Part shown: piece by piece, positions 59,234-64,000 of the stretch
Position numbering within the stretch: the stretch's first letter is position 1
How the letters are laid out: every line of letters begins with the position of its first letter
Source of the DNA: Roseburia sp.
Lineage (GTDB): Bacteria > Bacillota > Clostridia > Lachnospirales > Lachnospiraceae
Direction: 5' to 3'
Assembly (NCBI GenBank): GCA_045121975.1
Contig: JBGVHB010000059.1
Location: 16,337 to 80,336, forward strand
DNA length: 64,000 nt
The notes under the pieces: model-generated
Database searches by the model: none
What the model was told of the DNA's origin: nothing
The model's input: only the letters and a program-made list of their open reading frames with translations
Program-made: the position numbers and the translations under genes

Positions 59234-59548
59234 TTATAAACTTAATGCCAAAACATATAAAATACAGGAAATAAAACTTAATACCAGTGCAATCGAAGAG
59301 ATTACAGTACCGACAATCGCAATTGTCTGATTTTTATGCTTTTTAACAATACATAAGCTGCCTGTAATGACCCCTGCGATGCTGATAATTAAATTCCAAA
59401 TAAAAGCCCAAAAACAAATGAGCCCAAGGCTTCCTAAAACAATACTGCAAACAGATAAAGTGCTGCTGCTTTTTTCTGGAATAGCATTTTTAACAATTGG
59501 TTTTGCAATGTTTGGTTCGTTGTTATATTCGTTATTAAATTCGTTCAT
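59234..59548 (-). CDS. Small 2-TM membrane protein
   Basis: SIVLGSLGLI..AGVITG..KH..IAIVG. Confidence 0.7.
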   Translation of the reverse strand: MNEFNNEYNNEPNIAKPIVKNAIPEKSSSTLSVCSIVLGSLGLICFWAFIWNLIISIAGVITGSLCIVKKHKNQTIAIVGTVISSIALVLSFISCILYVLALSL

Positions 59549-59551
59549 AGT

Positions 59552-60031
59552 TTAGTATCCTGCCATCATTAAATTTAAGCCAAAGAAAACAACGAGAATT
59601 GCAAGAAAACCGATAAATATACCGATAACTGCGCCATTCTTTTTCTGTAAACCGAACTGTACATAAAGAATACTTAATAAGCATCCGATAAAGCAGCAGA
59701 GAAGTCCGCCGAAGAACCATCCGCCGATAACGCTTAATGCTACTAAAACCCAAATCCATGCAGGCATATTGCTTACAGGCTCGTATGCATTGCCGTTGCT
59801 TTTGTAAATGCCATTAACAGCTAAGTCAGCTTTTCTGCCGATTACAACAAGGTTACAGACTGCTCCAGGTAATTCGATTGAATAATCAATTAAGTTAATA
59901 AACCAGTTGCTGGATTTTACTTTGTAAGTTTCACCGTCAACAGTGATAACGTTTTTCCCACCTTTAATATTGTGAGAAATGTTGTGTACAGCCCCATTAG
60001 AATCTGTTACTTCCCAAGAATTCATTTTCAT
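59552..60031 (-). CDS. Hypothetical protein, soluble N-terminus plus C-terminal TM helices
   Basis: AGGAGG RBS on the - strand; 159 aa. Confidence 0.75.
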   Translation of the reverse strand: MKMNSWEVTDSNGAVHNISHNIKGGKNVITVDGETYKVKSSNWFINLIDYSIELPGAVCNLVVIGRKADLAVNGIYKSNGNAYEPVSNMPAWIWVLVALSVIGGWFFGGLLCCFIGCLLSILYVQFGLQKKNGAVIGIFIGFLAILVVFFGLNLMMAGY

Positions 60032-60176
60032 TTACCTCCTAAAATTTAAAAATCCCGATATATTATACCTAATATGTCGAATTTTGGAAACTATTTTTTT
60101 AATCTTATTGCAAATAACTTTAAGAAAGGCTATGATAAACCCAGTTTTATTAAATTTACGATAGGAGAAAATCGAT

Positions 60177-60353
60177 ATGGTTTTAATATGGGCAGTTTTA
60201 ATTTTGACAGCAATTCTTATGATTGCATCACCGGCAGCCTGCACGAGAAAATCAGACAGAGGTAATGCCGAAGCAGAGAAGAAAACAAGAACCTTAGGTA
60301 TGTGGCTTTTTTTCGCGGCAGTCATATGGATGATAACAGCAAAATTAGCATAA
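60177..60353 (+). CDS. 58-aa 2-TM membrane protein not in the ORF track
   Basis: AGGAG RBS; MVLIWAVLILTAILMIASPAAC..LGMWLFFAAVIWMITAKLA. Confidence 0.6.
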   Translation: MVLIWAVLILTAILMIASPAACTRKSDRGNAEAEKKTRTLGMWLFFAAVIWMITAKLA

Positions 60354-60383
60354 TGATAGAATGAGTGTTAAAAAACGTAACAG

Positions 60384-60527
60384 TTCGTCCCACGCCATTC
60401 GCAATCTCGCACTTCGTGCTCCAAAGCCTGCTATCGCAAGCGGATTGCTCATAAACAGGCGTTCCGCTCATAAGTCATGTAACATTCAAATACATGCAAG
60501 CATGATTTGTCTGTCACATGACTTATG
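60384..60527. repeat. Multi-hairpin intergenic cassette (REP-like)
   Basis: GCAATC/GATTGC, GCAC-TTC-GTGC, CATAAGTCATGT/ACATGACTTATG (12/12), CATGC-AA-GCATG. Confidence 0.55.
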
Positions 60528-60613
60528 GTTGAACTGTGACAAAAAAATATTTACAAACGGTTGCGATATGATAGAATTAGGTGTGAAAATGTTAAAGGAA
60601 CGGAGGAAAGGAA

Positions 60614-61048
60614 ATGTTTTGTAGAAATTGTGGGCAGGAATATGTGTCCCCAGAGGCAGTTATCTGCGTCAAATGTGGAGCACAGAAAGGTATGGGAGTG
60701 AATTATTGTCCGAATTGCGGTGCACAGACACAGCCGGATACACAGGTATGTATGAGTTGTGGTGTGGCTATGAGAGCATATGAGCCAAAGGGAGAAAAAT
60801 CAAAGGTTCTTGCAGGGGTGCTTGGAATATTTTTAGGATGCTTTGGCGTACATAATTTTTATCTTGGATATACACAAAGAGCAGTAATTCAGCTGGTATT
60901 ATCAATTGTCAGTTTCCCATTAATGTGTGTATTTGGGCTTGGTGCATTTTTACTTTTAGCAGTTGAAATCTGGGGCTTTGTAGAAGGCATTATGATTTTA
61001 TGCGGTAAAGTTGACCGCGATGCCGAAGGTAGATTATTAAAGGATTAA
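60614..61048 (+). CDS. Zn-ribbon + TM2-domain protein
   Basis: Four CxxC; KSKVLAGVLGIFLGCFGVHNFYLG. Confidence 0.88.
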   Translation: MFCRNCGQEYVSPEAVICVKCGAQKGMGVNYCPNCGAQTQPDTQVCMSCGVAMRAYEPKGEKSKVLAGVLGIFLGCFGVHNFYLGYTQRAVIQLVLSIVSFPLMCVFGLGAFLLLAVEIWGFVEGIMILCGKVDRDAEGRLLKD

Positions 61049-61059
61049 TGGGAGGATTT

Positions 61060-61572
61060 ATGTATATTTGTAGAAATTGTGGTATGCAGTATATGTCGGA
61101 TGAGGCAGTCATGTGTACCCGTTGTCAAGCTCCGAAGGGAGAAGGAAGTCAGTTTTGTCCATGCTGTGGCATACCGACAAAGCAGCCAATGCAGACAGTC
61201 TGTTTAAACTGTGGTGTAGATATGACAGGATTTGGAAATACAAGTCCAAAGTCCAAAATTGCGGCAGGAGTGCTTGGTCTCTTTTTAGGACTGTTTGGTG
61301 CACATAATTTTTATCTTGGTTATACCAAAAAAGCAGTGATTCAGTTGTTGCTTACAATTAGTGCATATATTTTATATTTTGTAGGGATTATTGGAGCAGC
61401 CATATCGGAAACGAGTTATTATAATTCAGAGGCAATAGTTGTTTTTGCGGTAATAGCAATTATTTACTTTTTACTTGCCGTATGCGGAGTTGGAATCTGG
61501 GTATTTGTAGAATCAATTATGATATTTTGTGGGAAAATCAAAAAAGACGGTAAAGGCAGAATGTTAAAATAA
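61060..61572 (+). CDS. Zn-ribbon + TM2-domain protein (tandem paralog)
   Basis: Four CxxC; KSKIAAGVLGLFLGLFGAHNFYLG. Confidence 0.88.
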   Translation: MYICRNCGMQYMSDEAVMCTRCQAPKGEGSQFCPCCGIPTKQPMQTVCLNCGVDMTGFGNTSPKSKIAAGVLGLFLGLFGAHNFYLGYTKKAVIQLLLTISAYILYFVGIIGAAISETSYYNSEAIVVFAVIAIIYFLLAVCGVGIWVFVESIMIFCGKIKKDGKGRMLK

Positions 61573-61708
61573 GTCTGTTAGTTATTTTTGGTATTCCTAA
61601 TAGATATAACCATTTTTTGTACAATTTATTGACAAAATAGCGGAATATGCTATTATCTTTTTTAGTGTGATGTGTAATTAAAGTGTGAATAAAAAGAGAG
61701 GTTTTCTT

Positions 61709-62209
61709 ATGAGAAGACGGGTGTTATCGCTCCTTGTTGAGAATAATCCGGGTGTTACAAGTCATATTTCCGGTTTGTTCAGCCGCAGAGGTTATAATAT
61801 CGATAGCTTTTCATCTGGTGTTACAGCAGACCCTAGATATACCAGGATTACCATTGTTGCAACAGGTGATGAGCAGATTTTAGAACAGATTGAGAAACAG
61901 CTTGCAAAGCTTGAAGATGTCGTAGACATTCAGGTGTTAGAACCGGGTTCATCTGTAACAAGAGAACTGATTTTAGTTAAGATTCGTGCGAAAGATACCG
62001 AACGCCAGCCGATTCTTAATGTAACAGAGATTTTTCATGGAAAAGTCGTTGATGTAACTCGTGATGCTATGGTCATTGAATTGACAGGTCATCAGGATAA
62101 GTTAGACGCATTCATGGATTTATTACAAGGATATGAAATCTTAGAATTAGCGCGTACGGGAATCACCGGATTGTCCAGAGGGACAGCGGATGTAAGAATT
62201 ATGGAATAA
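61709..62209 (+). CDS. ilvN: Acetolactate synthase small (regulatory) subunit
   Basis: LVENNPGV..GLFSRRGYNI, KQLAKL.DV, ELARTG. Confidence 0.95.
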   Translation: MRRRVLSLLVENNPGVTSHISGLFSRRGYNIDSFSSGVTADPRYTRITIVATGDEQILEQIEKQLAKLEDVVDIQVLEPGSSVTRELILVKIRAKDTERQPILNVTEIFHGKVVDVTRDAMVIELTGHQDKLDAFMDLLQGYEILELARTGITGLSRGTADVRIME

Positions 62210-63253
<1,044 letters not shown>

Positions 63254-63276
63254 TTATAACATTAGAATTCATAAGA

Positions 63277-63308
63277 AAGAGCGTGCACATTTGTGTACGC
63301 TCTCTTTT
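63277..63308 (+). terminator. Intrinsic terminator
   Basis: AGAGCGTGCACA/TGTACGCTCT plus T-tract. Confidence 0.75.
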
Positions 63309-63369
63309 GTTACAACTATGATGCAATTCTGATGTAAATTAGATGAAAAAAGGGGGAGTATGGCAAAAG

Positions 63370-64000
63370 ATGAATCGGATATTGGTAGTAGAGGATGAAG
63401 AAGCGATTGCAAACTTAATTCGAATGAATCTGACAAATGCGGGATATCTGTGTGATATTGCATATGACGGAATTACAGGCGCGGACAAGTTAGAGGCAAA
63501 TTATTATGATTTATGTCTGTTTGATATTATGCTTCCGGGCTTAGATGGCTATGAACTTTTAGAATATGCAAAAAGATTAGAAATACCAGTAATTTTTCTG
63601 ACAGCAAAAGGCGAGGTGTCAGATAAAGTGAAAGGACTTCGCGCCGGAGCAGATGATTACATCACAAAACCATTTGAAGTGTTAGAGCTTCTTGCAAGAG
63701 TAGAAAATATTTTAAGACGTTTTCATAAAACAGAGCAGATATTAATTGTTAGAGATTTAACAATCGATACCGTATCAAGAACTGTAAAACGAAAAGAAAC
63801 AGTGATTGATTTAACCTTAAAGGAATTTGATTTGCTGCTTTTATTTGCACAGAATCCAAATGTAGCGCTTTATCGGGAGACGATTTATGAGAGAGTCTGG
63901 AACAGTCCATATCTTGGTGACAGCCGTACCGTAGACTTACATATCCAGCGTCTGCGAAAAAAGGCTGGTTTAGAGCATGCAATTGAGGCAGTATATAAAG
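63370..64000 (+). CDS. OmpR-family response regulator, 3' truncated by window edge (absent from the ORF track)
   Basis: ILVVEDE, FDIMLPGLDG, LTAK, GADDYITKPF, RTVDLHIQRLRKK. Confidence 0.92.
   Translation, partial: MNRILVVEDEEAIANLIRMNLTNAGYLCDIAYDGITGADKLEANYYDLCLFDIMLPGLDGYELLEYAKRLEIPVIFLTAKGEVSDKVKGLRAGADDYITKPFEVLELLARVENILRRFHKTEQILIVRDLTIDTVSRTVKRKETVIDLTLKEFDLLLLFAQNPNVALYRETIYERVWNSPYLGDSRTVDLHIQRLRKKAGLEHAIEAVYK

Overview
Chromosomal window from a low-GC Bacillota anaerobe, most likely Lachnospiraceae (inferred from gene content: cotJABC, chemoreceptors, a sigma28 promoter, group-B [FeFe]-hydrogenase, CIRCE-groESL). Most of it is + strand housekeeping: sulfite/nitrite reductase, metF, ABC transporters, rsmF, groESL, larE, mgsA, degV, topB, ilvNC. 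Standout items: (1) a ~613-bp intergenic imperfect palindrome (10251-10863) that can fold into one rod-like hairpin, just upstream of an EF-G/TetM-like GTPase fused to a YacP/Rae1-type NYN RNase; (2) a four-gene operon of unknown function (29.6-36.5 kb) with a degenerate Hsp70-like protein; (3) an AT-rich decayed island (49.5-54.1 kb) with a type III (TenpIN-like) toxin-antitoxin locus, two covarying pseudoknot repeats, a hairpin cassette between terminator and toxin, and a candidate orphan sRNA; (4) an IS110 element whose ends, AG core, circle-junction promoter and empty target can be reconstructed by hand, with candidate bridge-RNA guides. Several intact ORFs appear to have lost catalytic motifs. 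Family assignments come from motif recognition, not database searches.
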